Position numbers and translations under genes: made by a program. 64,000 bases of DNA from a virus (taxonomy: Duplodnaviria; Caudoviricetes): the IMG/VR virus record IMGVR_UViG_3300032218_003260, one strand, 5' to 3'. Positions 8,758-18,893 of this stretch are shown here, piece after piece (position 1 is the first letter of the stretch; each line of letters starts with the position of its first letter). The notes under the pieces were generated by a model that saw only the letters and a list, made by a program, of their open reading frames with translations, had not been told where the DNA came from and did no database searches.

Positions 8758-10128
8758 TTACTTCTGCGCTGCGCGAGCACGAGCCCGGGCCAGAATGTCA
8801 GCAGAGTCGCGCTTCGCGGGTCCAGCCTGCGCCATCGACGGCGGGGCAGGAGGCGCGGGCGGAGCCGAAGCAAAGATATCAGCAACGCTGGCATCTACCT
8901 CCGGCGAAACTTCAGCCTCCGGCTGCTGGTCCCACGGAGCCACAGGATCGGGCTGTGGGGCCGGGCGGCGGGCAGAGGCTGCTGCACGTGGAGCTGGCGC
9001 CGGCGGGGCTTCCAGCTCCTCTACAGGCGTCTCTACGCCCTGAAACGTCGACGTGCCCTTCGGCAGTGCCCGAAGGTACTGCGGGAAGTCACGCCAAGCG
9101 AAATCAAGCGCTTCGCGAGGGAACACAGGAGCCAGCATTTCAGCCTGCTCCTCATACGACGGCAGGCGCAGAAAGTCTTCCCACGTGCCGGCTTCCGCAA
9201 CGATGCGATCGGCATACGGCTCCAACGAAATCTCCTGACCGTTAAACGTGTCATGGAGAATGCCGAAATGCGTGTAATCACTTCGCGAGTGCGGGTAACC
9301 AACGATGTACTGAGCGCCCTGCGGCCCGCGAGCGAACTTTGGGCACTGGAACGTCGTCGGACCCTCGATGCCGGTTGCGATCAGATTGGCGGCGCCACTC
9401 TTGAACGCTTCCGGCAAAATCGTAAACAACTTCGCCGGTCCGAGTGACAGCATATCGTTGATTAAAAACTCGCCGGTGCTTTCGTCGCGAACGTTGAGCG
9501 CCGAATGCAAAGCTTCAGCCGCGCTGGTCTTCAAACCGATGATGCGCGCATTGCGCTTGTTATCATCTGAAAACGCGCCCAGCTGAATCTTACCGTGTTC
9601 GTCAACGTAAACGGCGGTCGCCGAAATAAACATTGTCTTCTCGGGCTTTTTGAGCGACCCGATGTGCGAGTTTCGCACAAACTCCTTCGACAGCAACTCG
9701 GTGAACAACCGGCCCAGCGTCGGGTGCGGATTGTCCTTGGAACTGTCGTAGGCGACCTTGCGCAGAACGTGCAGCGGACTTTCGTACAGATTCACTTCGG
9801 GGTTGCCGTCGTGAACGATGAAGCAGATGCCCGGGTTACCTACCCAGTGCGCGCAGGTCAGCAACCGACTCCAATCGCCCATAGCAACGTTGTCGTGCCC
9901 CTCGCGGAAGCTGGCAAACGTTTCGCCATTTTTGCCCTCCTCGTAGATGGGGAGCAGCCGAAGGCAGAGGCCGTTTCCGAGGAGTTCACCGCCCGCTGCA
10001 ATCAGAATGTTGTTCTGTTTGCCGTAGGCGTAACGACTCTTACTGTTAGAGCCGCCAGTACCGATGTTGTTGGCCTTGCGGTACTCAGGATCAATCGCTG
10101 CAAAATTAGCCGCGTTATAGCGTGGCAT
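8758..10128 (-). CDS. putative gp32-like single-stranded DNA-binding protein
   Basis: LRLLP strand near the N-terminus, Pro/Ala/acidic linker and terminal ADILARAR tail typical of gp32-like SSBs; lies between polymerase and RecA. Confidence 0.6.
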   Translation of the reverse strand: MPRYNAANFAAIDPEYRKANNIGTGGSNSKSRYAYGKQNNILIAAGGELLGNGLCLRLLPIYEEGKNGETFASFREGHDNVAMGDWSRLLTCAHWVGNPGICFIVHDGNPEVNLYESPLHVLRKVAYDSSKDNPHPTLGRLFTELLSKEFVRNSHIGSLKKPEKTMFISATAVYVDEHGKIQLGAFSDDNKRNARIIGLKTSAAEALHSALNVRDESTGEFLINDMLSLGPAKLFTILPEAFKSGAANLIATGIEGPTTFQCPKFARGPQGAQYIVGYPHSRSDYTHFGILHDTFNGQEISLEPYADRIVAEAGTWEDFLRLPSYEEQAEMLAPVFPREALDFAWRDFPQYLRALPKGTSTFQGVETPVEELEAPPAPAPRAAASARRPAPQPDPVAPWDQQPEAEVSPEVDASVADIFASAPPAPPAPPSMAQAGPAKRDSADILARARARAAQK

Positions 10129-10172
10129 ACAAACCTTTCTATGTAATTAAGGGCCCTATTGCCCTGTGTGGA

Positions 10173-10208
10173 TGTCTGCAACTATAGCAGACAAAACCAT
10201 TCTGTCTA
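10173..10208 (-). promoter_or_regulatory. sigma70-like promoter for the SSB-RecA operon, -10 inside an inverted repeat
   Basis: Minus strand TAGACA-N16-TATAGT with extended -10 TG; TGTCTGC/GCAGACA arms flank the -10 box. Confidence 0.5.
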
Positions 10209-13200
10209 GCCCTTCTCGTCACAAAACCAATCGACACCTAAACCCCTAGATTTCTCGGGTTTTAGGTTCTCTCCCCAGTGGAAAAACACGTCTCGGCTCA
10301 TACCAAAGTGGTAAGGCGCAGCCACTTCGATTTTGGTGCCGTCGAGCCTGTGCGGCCAGAACGGCACACCATCAATCATGCACGCCGGAATAATTTCTTT
10401 GTACAAACGCTCAGCGTGCTCTAGCGGCACAATTAACACAATCGCGTCATGAATCTGCAGCGCAATTTTGTAATCAATATCCGAGTGTTCTTCACGGTAC
10501 TTGTAGAAGTTGTAAAGCGCAATCGACACGGCGTCAGCAACTCCGCCTTGAATCGGGAAGTTCTGCGCCTGCCGTTCTTGTTCGCCGCGTACAGCGCGGT
10601 CCTTCGTCGGCATGAACCGGCGAAACCGACCGTACGGACCTACCAGCCATCCCGGATCTTGCGACCGCATACGGCACTCGGCCAGAAACGACTTCGTGCC
10701 GGGATAAGACTGGAAGTAGGCGTCGATCATCGCTTGGCACTGATCGGCCGTGACGTCGTGACCTTCCTCTTTGCACTGCCGCGCTAGAGCTTCTGCGCCG
10801 CGGCCATACGGAATACCGAAGTTCACGTTTTTGGCTGCCACACGCAAGCCCTTTACACCAGCGTCAGCCATGCCCTGTTTCGTGGGCGTAACTCCGCTAA
10901 GCCGGAATGTCTTGACTGCCTGCTGACTATGGATGTCATAGTGGTCCGGGTGATCCTCTGGGAGAAGATTACGCCGAACGTGCTCGATCATATTTTTATC
11001 TTGACTCAGCCACGCGAGGACCGCCAATTCCGCACCAGTGAGGTCCGTTTCGATACCGACGCAGCCCTTTGGTACTCGAAGAATTGATCGGACGGGATGC
11101 TGGTACTTGTCTTTTCCGAGGATGCGCTTGTAGTCGTCTTCCCGTCGCGAACTAAGGTTCTGTAGGGGAGGTCGGCTACTGCTTGCTCGGCCTGTTTCCT
11201 TGGTTTGAAACATGTGCGTACGGACTTTGCCATCAGAGTGGACGCACCCGACAAGACCTTTTTCATACGTGTAATTACCGTTCTCATCGAGTTCGTATTC
11301 TCCGTCTTCTGTTTCAGCGGGCTTGCGCAACACTGACTGCAGCACCTGACTGATGAATTTATAGTCACGGATTTTAGCCGCAGTCGAGTTCATGTGCCCG
11401 AGAATACCAAGACTTTCTTTATCAGTGCTGGGCGTCGCAGTCTCGGGATTAACGCCGCGATAAGACAACTCGTTCCACAGCACAGGGCGCTTACCGGTTG
11501 TCTTCACTGGACGCAGATCGAGAGTCTGGGCTTCGGCTGGAATCGGCGGAGAGTTCGTGTATCGGTCGGCAAAGTCGCGGCCGAAAAGCGCTATCGCCAA
11601 TTGGGGCTGCGACTTTGGGTTAAACGCTGGCCACTGTAACTCTTCGCGAATCTCGGCCAGCAGTCGTTCCTGCGTGTTCATAAACAGCGTGGTCAGCTCG
11701 TCCGCGCGGTTGCGGTCGATTTCAAGACCGGTCATTTCCATTTCTAGAAATGCCAACGACGAGTTGTGCGCAGTCCAGTACGGCAACCAGCAATCGTGAC
11801 CGGTGCTAGACCGCCCAATAAGGCCGTCTTTACCGTTGGTGCCGTAAAACCTCATCATGATTCGTCGAGTTACGTCGACGTCATATGAGGCGTATGGATG
11901 GAGAATGTGCGCCGGGCATTCACCGTAACCACCAATCTCACTGGCTTTTAATTTGTTATCAGTGCGGTATTTCTTTTTCCAGTGATCAAGCGGTTCCCAG
12001 TAAGTGGGAGCAGCTGTGAATCGCATGGAACACTCGTCGAGGCCGTAGCGGGCGCACTCGTTGACGGCGTGGTACATGAGACTTGTATCCCAACCGCCGT
12101 GCATGCGGTCATCGGGATCTTCGGCGGGAGCGTACTCCGGGCGTACATCTACGCCAAAATCAAAAAGCCATGGCAAGTCAGCACGGAAAAAGTGCCCACC
12201 CACACGAACGTTTCTTTCGGGCGTGCTTTTGAGTAGCCGCGTGAGTAGTCTGCGCGCAGCGTCCAGATTTGGCTGAAACGCTTCTGCGCCGCCCTGATGC
12301 CGCAAAACAATTGTGCGCGCCCACTTGTCTTTATTTGATATCTGAACAGTGCGTAAGTAAGCGCCCTCTTCCGTCGGATACTCCCCGTGCCACTCACAGT
12401 CGATTGCGATGATGTTGGCGTTTGGATCAGGATCGTTAACCATCTCGTCAACAATTTCGGCCAACGCGGCTTCTGTATACACGTCAGCATGGTCAACGGC
12501 TTCCTCATCTAGAATCTCGTCGTGAATAAGGGCTTTAAATCGACGGATCTGTCCGATGAAGTCTTCGGTCACTTCTGGCTTACGCACGACGAACGCTGGG
12601 TGCATTACCGACAGCGCTTTCATCGTCCGGGGATTGCCGTCTGTGTCTACGGACGAGACGTCGAGGATGCGGCCGGCGAGGCCGGTGATGGCGCCCGTCG
12701 TACGCATGACTGCTTTTGTCGCCTCGTTGCCGAGGCACAGAATAAACTCCGGCTGGACGATGCGAATTTCTTGCTCCAGCAGAATTGCGCAGTTTTTAAT
12801 CCACGCGGCCGGTACAGCCGTAATTTCCATCGGCGGCGCAAACTTGCACGCAAATGTTACGTACCAATCCTCATACGCTTCCGGGCCGATACCGCATTCT
12901 TCAAAGATATCAGCAAGCGAGTTCATCGCCGGGCCAGCCGTCGCGTTCAAACTCTCCATCTCGTAATAGCCGGGGAGTTTGCCGACGACCATCACCTTGG
13001 CTTTATGCCACGGGCCATATGTCTCTACAGCAGCCCCGCGCTTCCCCCAGCGATGCCCGGGAAGAAACGGAACCGGAATCAAGTCTTTAGAAGATTTGTG
13101 CGAAATCGGCAAATGAAAGTCGGGCCGATACAGCGCGTTGCGATAGAGGTTTGTCAGGTGAGTACCGACAGGTACAGCCTTCTTTTTCTTGGCGCTAGCT

Positions 13201-13373
13201 TCGTCAATCTCGTCGCCGAGAACGACGGCGTGCGCAATAAAGTCTGGACCGGCTGGCGGCATACCCGGTTCCGTAAGCGGAATGAACGGGTATGCCGCAG
13301 CCGTAAAATCTTCTGTGTTCGGGTCATACAGCGTCTGTGTCAGACGATGCGTGAGCGAAATACCCTGTGTCAT
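10206..13373 (-). CDS. polA: family A DNA polymerase with N-terminal family-4 UDG-like domain and 3'-5' exonuclease
   Basis: UDG-like VVGKLPG..E, EIRIVQP..ILCLG..A, MHPA; Exo I IDCE, Exo III YASYD; Pol motif A DLTGAEL, motif B RVAAKNVNFGIPYG, motif C QIHDA. Confidence 0.95.
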   Translation of the reverse strand: MTQGISLTHRLTQTLYDPNTEDFTAAAYPFIPLTEPGMPPAGPDFIAHAVVLGDEIDEASAKKKKAVPVGTHLTNLYRNALYRPDFHLPISHKSSKDLIPVPFLPGHRWGKRGAAVETYGPWHKAKVMVVGKLPGYYEMESLNATAGPAMNSLADIFEECGIGPEAYEDWYVTFACKFAPPMEITAVPAAWIKNCAILLEQEIRIVQPEFILCLGNEATKAVMRTTGAITGLAGRILDVSSVDTDGNPRTMKALSVMHPAFVVRKPEVTEDFIGQIRRFKALIHDEILDEEAVDHADVYTEAALAEIVDEMVNDPDPNANIIAIDCEWHGEYPTEEGAYLRTVQISNKDKWARTIVLRHQGGAEAFQPNLDAARRLLTRLLKSTPERNVRVGGHFFRADLPWLFDFGVDVRPEYAPAEDPDDRMHGGWDTSLMYHAVNECARYGLDECSMRFTAAPTYWEPLDHWKKKYRTDNKLKASEIGGYGECPAHILHPYASYDVDVTRRIMMRFYGTNGKDGLIGRSSTGHDCWLPYWTAHNSSLAFLEMEMTGLEIDRNRADELTTLFMNTQERLLAEIREELQWPAFNPKSQPQLAIALFGRDFADRYTNSPPIPAEAQTLDLRPVKTTGKRPVLWNELSYRGVNPETATPSTDKESLGILGHMNSTAAKIRDYKFISQVLQSVLRKPAETEDGEYELDENGNYTYEKGLVGCVHSDGKVRTHMFQTKETGRASSSRPPLQNLSSRREDDYKRILGKDKYQHPVRSILRVPKGCVGIETDLTGAELAVLAWLSQDKNMIEHVRRNLLPEDHPDHYDIHSQQAVKTFRLSGVTPTKQGMADAGVKGLRVAAKNVNFGIPYGRGAEALARQCKEEGHDVTADQCQAMIDAYFQSYPGTKSFLAECRMRSQDPGWLVGPYGRFRRFMPTKDRAVRGEQERQAQNFPIQGGVADAVSIALYNFYKYREEHSDIDYKIALQIHDAIVLIVPLEHAERLYKEIIPACMIDGVPFWPHRLDGTKIEVAAPYHFGMSRDVFFHWGENLKPEKSRGLGVDWFCDEKG

Positions 13374-13379
13374 AACGCC

Positions 13380-14450
13380 TCATAACAAAAACGAAAGATC
13401 AGCCGTGACGTCAACAGCGTCGGCGGCAGATGACAACATCTCAAACAGTTCCGGGCGCGAATAATCGGCCGGATCACGATTGTCCGGGAGAATGACCGGA
13501 ACGACATTAACGTTTCTCTGGCAAAGAGCTGCAACGACATGTTCAAGCTCGGTCTGCGCGTCGTGATCGAGGATGACGAACACAGGCTTATTCGCCCATG
13601 TCGTCGCGATTGTGTTGCACTGCCACGCAGATAACGTCTTACCAAAAATGCAGACGCCTGCAACTCCCAGCCGCCACACGCTTGGTACACCCTCTACAAC
13701 AACGGCTACGGGCTGTAACGCCGCGTTATCATAGTTGTAGAGCACCTGACTTTTGCGCATGCCGTTGTAGTATTTGACGGTGTTTTTACCCTCTCCAACT
13801 ACACGACCCTGCCAGCCGACAAGTTGCCCGTGAAAATGCACAGGAATGTAAATACGCCCGTGCATAATCCGATGCTTGTCCAGCCGCGGGTTTACGCAAA
13901 TACCGATTTTGAAAATATCGGCCAGCTCTTTGATATCTGTAAACCCGCGCGACGCCAAATACTCAATAGCCGGATGATACTCCGGCAGCGACTCGATCGG
14001 CAGGATTTCACCGGGCGGTTCAATCGTTTCATGTACGGTGTCGAGCGGTACTGCCCTGATTGGGGTTCGCAACATAACCCGCCGACCTGCGCCAAACACC
14101 ATATCTTCAAACTGCTCTAGCCGTCCGGGCTTATCAAGACAGTTTTCGTTGTAGCACACGACCAGATGCGTGTTTGCCCGACGACCGTTGCGAATGTCTG
14201 CTCCGTACCTGTGATTCACCCACAGACGATTTCGCTGGTCACGACAAAACGGACAACACACGCAGTAATACTCACCCCAACTGCCGCGATATGTAGATTT
14301 GCCGCGGCGGAGGGGATCATCAAATTGTTCGACCTGCGCGGGCACACCTTCGTTTGCGATGTTTACTTCGCCAAATTTGTGCGCGAGCAGGCCATACAGT
14401 ACGGGATTCAGGGGATTTGAACTTGGCGCTTTTGAAACCGCCATTTTCAT
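13380..14450 (-). CDS. dnaG: DNA primase (Zn finger + TOPRIM)
   Basis: CPFC...CYNENC zinc finger, RIYIPV..GQLVGWQGR, KYYN, VVVEG, LDHD; AGGAG RBS. Confidence 0.9.
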   Translation of the reverse strand: MKMAVSKAPSSNPLNPVLYGLLAHKFGEVNIANEGVPAQVEQFDDPLRRGKSTYRGSWGEYYCVCCPFCRDQRNRLWVNHRYGADIRNGRRANTHLVVCYNENCLDKPGRLEQFEDMVFGAGRRVMLRTPIRAVPLDTVHETIEPPGEILPIESLPEYHPAIEYLASRGFTDIKELADIFKIGICVNPRLDKHRIMHGRIYIPVHFHGQLVGWQGRVVGEGKNTVKYYNGMRKSQVLYNYDNAALQPVAVVVEGVPSVWRLGVAGVCIFGKTLSAWQCNTIATTWANKPVFVILDHDAQTELEHVVAALCQRNVNVVPVILPDNRDPADYSRPELFEMLSSAADAVDVTADLSFLL

Positions 14451-14461
14451 ACTGACTCCTC

Positions 14462-16171
14462 TCACGACATCATGTCTTCAGCAAATGTGTCCACCGGCAT
14501 AATTCGCCGTGGTGTTGACCGCGGCCGCGTAAGCGCCTGCGCCTCTTCCGGCGTAACCGGAGCGATGTCGCCGCGCTGAATGATCCGTTTAGCGGCTTCA
14601 GATGCAGTGTACTCGTCATTCACAAGACGAATCTCTGCGACTCTATCATCAATCTTGATTAAACCCTTGAGGTTATCTGCGCGAAGATACCGCAATTTAG
14701 ACCAATAAATCGTCGATACATGGCACGACTCGTCGCGCGCGTTGACGCAGAGGCACGCGTGAAGGTTCTCCGCGAATGACTTTGAACCGGACGCGTCGGC
14801 ATGCGAGACGTACCTATACGCCGGAATGTTTTTGACCTCGCCCTGCGCAAGCTGATGCGCCAGCATAATCACCGCGCCTGTTGGTACAGCAATCCGCGCA
14901 CGCAACTGATCCACGGCATTTTTGATCGGCCGCGCTAGCGACTCTGCGTACTTCGTTTTGACGTTTGCGTTCATTTCACGCTCCACCATGACGCCGCAGT
15001 AATCAATGGCGATAAAACCGATTTCCATGCCGCGTTCGCGGGCCAGCTGTTCAACCGCTATAACAATCTCCGCCACGCCGCCAGCACCGCGATTACCGGT
15101 CTTTTCGTTTTGCGAAAAGTCCAGATACATGAAGTTGTTGTTGAACCACGAACTAGCCGCCACCCAACGTTCGCGCTCGCCAAACATTACTTCGCCGTTT
15201 CTGTTTACAGGCAACTCGCGGTCGTAATCTTTGAGATTGTCGGCTGTAGACAGCTCGGTCCAAAAGTCGCGACCGACGGCAAATAACGAGCGATCGATCT
15301 GCGCGGCGGCAGACCAAAATGTAGGATTCATCTTTTCGGCGGGGTCTTCGTAGCCGATAAACACGGACAGCTTATTGGGCGAGTTTGCGGCGTATTGCTG
15401 CGCCATGCGGACAGCCGTAACTGCCAGCAGTGTCGTCTTACCGCCACCATACGGGCCCAAGACGCCAATAATGTCACCTTGTCGAAAACCCTGCAGATAC
15501 TCGTCAATAAACGGGAGCGTCGTCGGGACAGCGACCGGCGGGAGAGCGATGGGCTGCCCAACTTCGGGCATCATGGCAGCATTTTCAAAGCTCTTACCCA
15601 GCGCGTCGACCGCTTGGGCTTTCCTTGTCCACCGCGCTAGCTGCGCCTCTAAATTCTCGGGCGCGCCGCCTACCGTGTTTAATACTGCCTGCGCCTCACC
15701 CTTGACCATCCGCTCCCGAATGAATCGACGAACAATATCCTCGATGTATGACTTTTCGGCGCGGGCTTCAACTTCCGCTGGCGGCGTAACGCCAAAAGAC
15801 TCGTCAACAAAACGAACCAACGCTTCAATAGCTTCGTCGCTTAAAGCGAGCGCCGCCGTGCCGGCAGCCGCACTATCGCGCCACGCAAGCAACCGAGTTG
15901 TGATCATCTCGGCCGTGAGGGCGCCAAACTGATCATGCAGTTCTTTTGTTGCGGCAAATAGATAATAAAACGGCAGCTCATCCGTCGAGTGACCGAAATG
16001 ATTATGCGAAAGACCAACCCGCAACGAATCGCGAAGCAACGCTGGGTACCGCAAAAGACCCGAAAGCATTGTGCCGATTTCAGACGCTGTTACTGCGTCA
16101 ACTGTTTTTGGCTTTTCATCCATGAATTCACTCGGCATCGTAATTTCTCCAATGCTGCCGTATCTCGACAA
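14462..16171 (-). CDS. dnaB: DnaB-like (SF4) replicative helicase
   Basis: Walker A GPYGGGKT, IAIDY, LAHQL, SGSKSF..N motifs; adjacent to primase. Confidence 0.85.
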   Translation of the reverse strand: MSRYGSIGEITMPSEFMDEKPKTVDAVTASEIGTMLSGLLRYPALLRDSLRVGLSHNHFGHSTDELPFYYLFAATKELHDQFGALTAEMITTRLLAWRDSAAAGTAALALSDEAIEALVRFVDESFGVTPPAEVEARAEKSYIEDIVRRFIRERMVKGEAQAVLNTVGGAPENLEAQLARWTRKAQAVDALGKSFENAAMMPEVGQPIALPPVAVPTTLPFIDEYLQGFRQGDIIGVLGPYGGGKTTLLAVTAVRMAQQYAANSPNKLSVFIGYEDPAEKMNPTFWSAAAQIDRSLFAVGRDFWTELSTADNLKDYDRELPVNRNGEVMFGERERWVAASSWFNNNFMYLDFSQNEKTGNRGAGGVAEIVIAVEQLARERGMEIGFIAIDYCGVMVEREMNANVKTKYAESLARPIKNAVDQLRARIAVPTGAVIMLAHQLAQGEVKNIPAYRYVSHADASGSKSFAENLHACLCVNARDESCHVSTIYWSKLRYLRADNLKGLIKIDDRVAEIRLVNDEYTASEAAKRIIQRGDIAPVTPEEAQALTRPRSTPRRIMPVDTFAEDMMS

Positions 16172-16898
16172 CGCCTAATTTAATGTCGTTTTCTATCCAC
16201 CATTTGTATTCTGGGTGCGCGTCCATTACCGCGTCATATGACCGTTGCTGCGCCTCATAATCGAGCGCGGCTTTCCACAAATAACGTTCTACTGCTTTGT
16301 CGCAGTTACGGCTCGCCGCAAATGCGTTTCGAAAAAACGGTGTAGCGGTGACGTAACTTTCGTCGCAGAATACGTATAGTTCCTGCGCAACCTGCGGCAT
16401 TTTGTATATCGCAGTTGTTGCCATACGCAGATGCAATGTCTCTGCCGCCACGTGAAAACGATCTTTAAGAATCCGCGGCATATGCGTCATATAATCGCGG
16501 TAAATTTCAGCAGATTTAGCGCTGTATAAAACAGACGGGCGCATTTCAGTTAGACGCTGGTGACCTGTCGAAATGCGTTCTGTGGCTAGCGCTGAGAAAT
16601 GCGCATAAACCCAGCCGCCCAGATCAGCGCCGGCGCGTTCTGCGGCGCGTAGAATTTTGCCCCACACTGGCGTGTGTCTTACGCCAAAGTTATCTTTACC
16701 GCCGTCCCACGACGGTCTACGTTTCAGATGAGCCGACGCTTCCCAGTCAGCAACGCGCTCGTTTAAATGAATGTATTGGTACCTGATATACGCAAGCTTT
16801 TGCGTATCTGTCAGAGTCTGGTACCAATCGACCGACAAGATATCTGAATCAATCTCCGCTGTTTGCGTCGCGGTTTCGCCAAGAGCGCTGTGCGTCAT
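16128..16898 (-). CDS. hypothetical protein between the two helicases
   Basis: Long ORF; start placed at MTHSAL, uncertain. Confidence 0.65.
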   Translation of the reverse strand: MTHSALGETATQTAEIDSDILSVDWYQTLTDTQKLAYIRYQYIHLNERVADWEASAHLKRRPSWDGGKDNFGVRHTPVWGKILRAAERAGADLGGWVYAHFSALATERISTGHQRLTEMRPSVLYSAKSAEIYRDYMTHMPRILKDRFHVAAETLHLRMATTAIYKMPQVAQELYVFCDESYVTATPFFRNAFAASRNCDKAVERYLWKAALDYEAQQRSYDAVMDAHPEYKWWIENDIKLGVVEIRQHWRNYDAE

Positions 16899-18387
16899 GC
16901 CAATTCTGCTCCCATCCGAGGAGTTTATAGCTGTTTCGTCGACCCAGACTCTTCCGGTAGAAGGTCGGGTCGAACGTGTCCATGCAATCCAGTACTTCAC
17001 CAAACTCTTTTCGCGTGCCGTCAGGGGCTGTGTAAATGCGGCTTACACGACCCGGACCCTGCACGTCCACAATGTCGCTATCGCGGTCATCGGCGCGGAC
17101 AAGAACGTTTAATTGTTCAAAGTCAACGCCGGTGGCCCATACGTCCGTGGCGATTACGCGCTTGAGTTGTCCAGACTCGAAATTAGAACGCATGTCGTAT
17201 TTCTGTATGTCTGTAAGCGGTTTGTAATCGGCGGGCAGTAAACCCTTTTTCCGATACCCCGCGCAGTCATACGGCGACATGTTCCCATATACGAGACTGA
17301 AATCAGGCAATTGCGCGCCGAGATGAACAGCATGTTCAATCGTCTCTACGAGGATCAAAATCTGATGCGATTCTGGATATCCTCGCACGGCTTCGGCGAT
17401 GATACGATTCCGCTCGTGGTTTGTCCAGATGCCGTATCGCTTTCGCGCCACGCGGTTGCCGTAGCGCTCTGCAGGGTTTGACCGTAGCCGCATGGGCAAC
17501 CAATTCACACGCACGGGCACAACCAACCCAAGCTCCACAGCCTGCTGGTAGGTCAGCTCAAACACCATCGGACCGAACATAGGCTCAAGCACAGCATGAG
17601 CGTTGTCCATCCGCGCATATGGTGTTGCGCTCAAACCAAAGTTACGGCTCGTTCGATACCGTGCGGCCAACGCAGTGGAAAAGTTCAACGTGGCAAGCTG
17701 GTGAACCTCGTCAGCAAACAGAAAATCTGCGTCGCCGTCTGAATGCGCCAAGCTGCCAGCCGTGATCACCGTCACGCGCTCCCACTGTTTCCAACCGTCA
17801 CCGACGCGACCCACCTTCGGCAAAAGCCGTTTCAGGCTGCGCACGATACGATCGGCTACGTCAACTGACTTGGTGACGACGTGGATCTTGGCATTCGGAA
17901 ACAACAGCGCTGCCGCGCCAATCAGGGTCGTTTTGCCGAACCCCGTGACGGCTTTGATAATCCCGCACGGTACGCGAGAAATCGTACGTAGGCATTCTTC
18001 TTGTCGGGCGCGAAACGTAATCCGGCCGTCGAGGTTTTCCCACTGCGGCGTGAAGCAATCTGGGCGTTTTCTTTGACCAGATCTGTCAACGAGCAACGTG
18101 GGGCAGCCAAGTTTCTTAAGCCTATTCACCATGCGGGCTAAATACCCGCTAAGCACAATCACATGCCCGCGCTCGACCCTGTGCAGCTTGTATTCTTTCG
18201 TTTGAAAGAACATTCGCTGCCCAGTAATCGGATCTCGGCGCGCTTGCCCGTGAACCTGCTCGACATGCGAGTACCGCAGGTCGTGCGTGAGCCGTTTGAT
18301 CAGCTCGTCGTTCAACGGGGCGTTATCTGCGCCGGTAAGCGTTAAAACGTTGCCAACGCGTGTAATTGTTACAGGTTGGACGATCAT
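16849..18387 (-). CDS. SF2 helicase (UvsW/XPB-like)
   Basis: VTGFGKT, ADEVH, GLSATP, ATDVWATGVD, QGPGRVSR. Confidence 0.9.
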   Translation of the reverse strand: MIVQPVTITRVGNVLTLTGADNAPLNDELIKRLTHDLRYSHVEQVHGQARRDPITGQRMFFQTKEYKLHRVERGHVIVLSGYLARMVNRLKKLGCPTLLVDRSGQRKRPDCFTPQWENLDGRITFRARQEECLRTISRVPCGIIKAVTGFGKTTLIGAAALLFPNAKIHVVTKSVDVADRIVRSLKRLLPKVGRVGDGWKQWERVTVITAGSLAHSDGDADFLFADEVHQLATLNFSTALAARYRTSRNFGLSATPYARMDNAHAVLEPMFGPMVFELTYQQAVELGLVVPVRVNWLPMRLRSNPAERYGNRVARKRYGIWTNHERNRIIAEAVRGYPESHQILILVETIEHAVHLGAQLPDFSLVYGNMSPYDCAGYRKKGLLPADYKPLTDIQKYDMRSNFESGQLKRVIATDVWATGVDFEQLNVLVRADDRDSDIVDVQGPGRVSRIYTAPDGTRKEFGEVLDCMDTFDPTFYRKSLGRRNSYKLLGWEQNWHDAQRSWRNRDANSGD

Positions 18388-18388
18388 G

Positions 18389-18886
18389 CTATCCGTCGCT
18401 TCCCGGTCCTGAGACGGGCTCGACGGAAAGGACTTCAAATGTCCCATACTTTTCCTGCGCGTTGTTAAACGGGGAGAAGCCCCGATACTTTCCAACTAAA
18501 GTGAGTAGGTGCACAAAATCTCCCAACGAAATCTCCTCTGGAAGCACCGCCGACAATATCACAATGTCGCCGGGGCGAAAAGCCTCGTGCAGCGCGTAGT
18601 GGCTGCGCATCTGATTGTCGGCCTGCGGCGTCAAAATCGTGCGGCGCCAGTCGTTTCTAGGTTCGCCCATGACGATCGGGCACCAGTCGATTTTTTTGAC
18701 TTCGTTGTGATGCCGGTTCGCGATCTTGGCAGCATAGCGCATACACGACAGCCACGCAGACGGCAGAAACATAACCCGCTGGCTCGGGTCACGGTCGAAG
18801 CAGAAGATGACTTGCCCGTGACGCCGCTTTTTTGCTGCGCCAAGGCAGACACGGTTGAATCGAATTTTGATAGTTATTTCTTGCAT
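18389..18886 (-). CDS. hypothetical protein
   Basis: 165 aa from MQEITIK, coupled to neighbours. Confidence 0.7.
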   Translation of the reverse strand: MQEITIKIRFNRVCLGAAKKRRHGQVIFCFDRDPSQRVMFLPSAWLSCMRYAAKIANRHHNEVKKIDWCPIVMGEPRNDWRRTILTPQADNQMRSHYALHEAFRPGDIVILSAVLPEEISLGDFVHLLTLVGKYRGFSPFNNAQEKYGTFEVLSVEPVSGPGSDG

Positions 18887-18893
18887 GTCATTG

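Noticed and set aside
10206-18387. Inteins or introns in polymerase, helicases or terminase
   Set aside because: Motif spacing is normal, and no C/S...HN splice junctions or interrupted frames were seen.
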